64,000 nt of DNA, from the IMG/VR virus record IMGVR_UViG_3300009155_000035; one strand, written 5' to 3'. Made by a program: the position numbers and the translations under genes. Under the pieces are notes generated by a model. It was not told the origin of the DNA and ran no database searches. It saw only the letters and a list, made by a program, of their open reading frames with translations. Position 1 is the first letter of the stretch. Every line of letters starts with the position of its first letter. This document shows positions 63,034-64,000 of this stretch, one piece after another. This stretch comes from a virus (Duplodnaviria; Caudoviricetes).

Positions 63034-64000
63034 ATGATAACAATTCCTATTAGAACCTGTGGAGATCACTGGATCAACGTTGAAGAAGTTAAAACACAGC
63101 TTGAAAACGCTGGTAGCGCAAGTGCTATTGAATTAGACTTTTTTTGCGAAGGCAGTAGTCTCGACGCCCTGGGCATCACACCAGTGGTATTAGATCATTG
63201 CTTGAAACACAACATAAGTCCTGACAAAATAATCATTGCCAACTGGCCTAACTCAGTTGAAGACATACCTTTCCAGCGCAAATATATGCCCTTGATGAGT
63301 CACTTTTTTTGGCTCAGCGAGCGTTACTGGTGCGACATTGTACCTTCAACACATCAGTACAGATTTGGTTATTTTGTCGGAAGGCGGACTCCGTCACGAG
63401 CCACAATGTTGTACGAACTCTATCATCAACATCGTGACAATTTCCTGTTCAGTGTTATGGGTCAGTTGCCACCCATGCCCTGGGATACAGCGCCAGATGG
63501 CAACTATGCTGAACAACTAGACCAGTGGGTCAACCCTAATAAACAAGAACAATTTGTACAGTGGTGGCGTAACTGTCCCGTGCCCAGTATCGACAGCACA
63601 TTTATCAATCATCAATATGATCCAAGGTTTAATACCAATCAGAGTTTGATATCTCATTACGACCAGTTTGATATTGAACTGGTTGCTGAAACATTTACCC
63701 TGGGCACAGCATTCTTTCCCACAGAAAAAACAATACGTCCCTTGGTGACCGGGAAGCCCATAATTGTATACGGGCCTGCAAATTATTTGTCCCGACTAAA
63801 AAATCTTGGATTTAAAACATTTAACAGTGCATGGGACGAAAGTTATGATCAATATCAAGGTCCTGAGAGATGGCATAAAATACACAATGTGATTAGCACA
63901 TTCTTGAGTAACCCTCAAGATGAACAGCTAGACATAGTTGCCAGTGTGCAACCAATTGTTGAACACAATCGTCGTAATTTAATAAAAATAATTGGAAAAT
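63034..64000 (+). CDS. GT10-like putative glycosyltransferase (paralog 3), 3' end runs off the window
   Basis: Hand translation MITIPIRTCGDHW...FDIELVAETFTLGTAFFPTEKTIRPLVTGKPIIVYG...GFKTFNSAWDESYD; not in the ORF track. Confidence 0.6.
   Translation, partial: MITIPIRTCGDHWINVEEVKTQLENAGSASAIELDFFCEGSSLDALGITPVVLDHCLKHNISPDKIIIANWPNSVEDIPFQRKYMPLMSHFFWLSERYWCDIVPSTHQYRFGYFVGRRTPSRATMLYELYHQHRDNFLFSVMGQLPPMPWDTAPDGNYAEQLDQWVNPNKQEQFVQWWRNCPVPSIDSTFINHQYDPRFNTNQSLISHYDQFDIELVAETFTLGTAFFPTEKTIRPLVTGKPIIVYGPANYLSRLKNLGFKTFNSAWDESYDQYQGPERWHKIHNVISTFLSNPQDEQLDIVASVQPIVEHNRRNLIKIIGK

Noticed and set aside
1-64000. Alternative genetic code (stop-codon reassignment)
   Set aside because: Code 11 gives dense full-length genes, and TAA, TAG and TGA all end genes at expected positions
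1-64000. Bacterial chromosome or prophage origin
   Set aside because: Host-like genes are single and interleaved with T4-like replication and virion genes under phage-type promoters; no integrase, repressor or housekeeping operons

Overview
This 64-kb window looks like part of a large lytic T4-related dsDNA phage genome (standard code, about 40% GC, dense overlapping genes; no integrase, rRNA, tRNA or CRISPR seen). Core functions: UvsW-like helicase, primase, DnaB/gp41 helicase, a 192-aa DnaE-like polymerase core, ATP-dependent DNA ligase, class Ia NrdA/NrdB with glutaredoxin, exonuclease, UvsE, PAAR and other virion proteins. Host-like auxiliary genes: IscU/IscA, ClpX, ClpS, Hsp20, bS21, a desaturase, a PlcP/LpxH-like phosphoesterase, UDP-glucose dehydrogenase and an amidinotransferase. 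Many modification enzymes are interleaved: four radical SAM proteins, methyltransferases, 2OG-Fe oxygenases, SGNH proteins and three GT10-like paralogs. Two promoter classes are visible by eye: (G/A)GTTGAC-N17-TAnAAT and a T4-late-like TAAATA, often only 4-9 nt before the ATG. The best candidates for undescribed biology are (1) a probable head-packaged polyprotein joining a Pol-beta nucleotidyltransferase to an RNA-ligase-like domain, (2) a Pho-box-like site + PlcP-like phospholipase + glycosyltransferase cassette, (3) twin ROSE-like RNA thermometers before hsp20 and a phasin-like gene, (4) a minimal or split C-family polymerase, and (5) a PAAR-adjacent CBM-subtilisin virion protein. All family calls come from motifs read by eye and recalled family knowledge; no database search was run.
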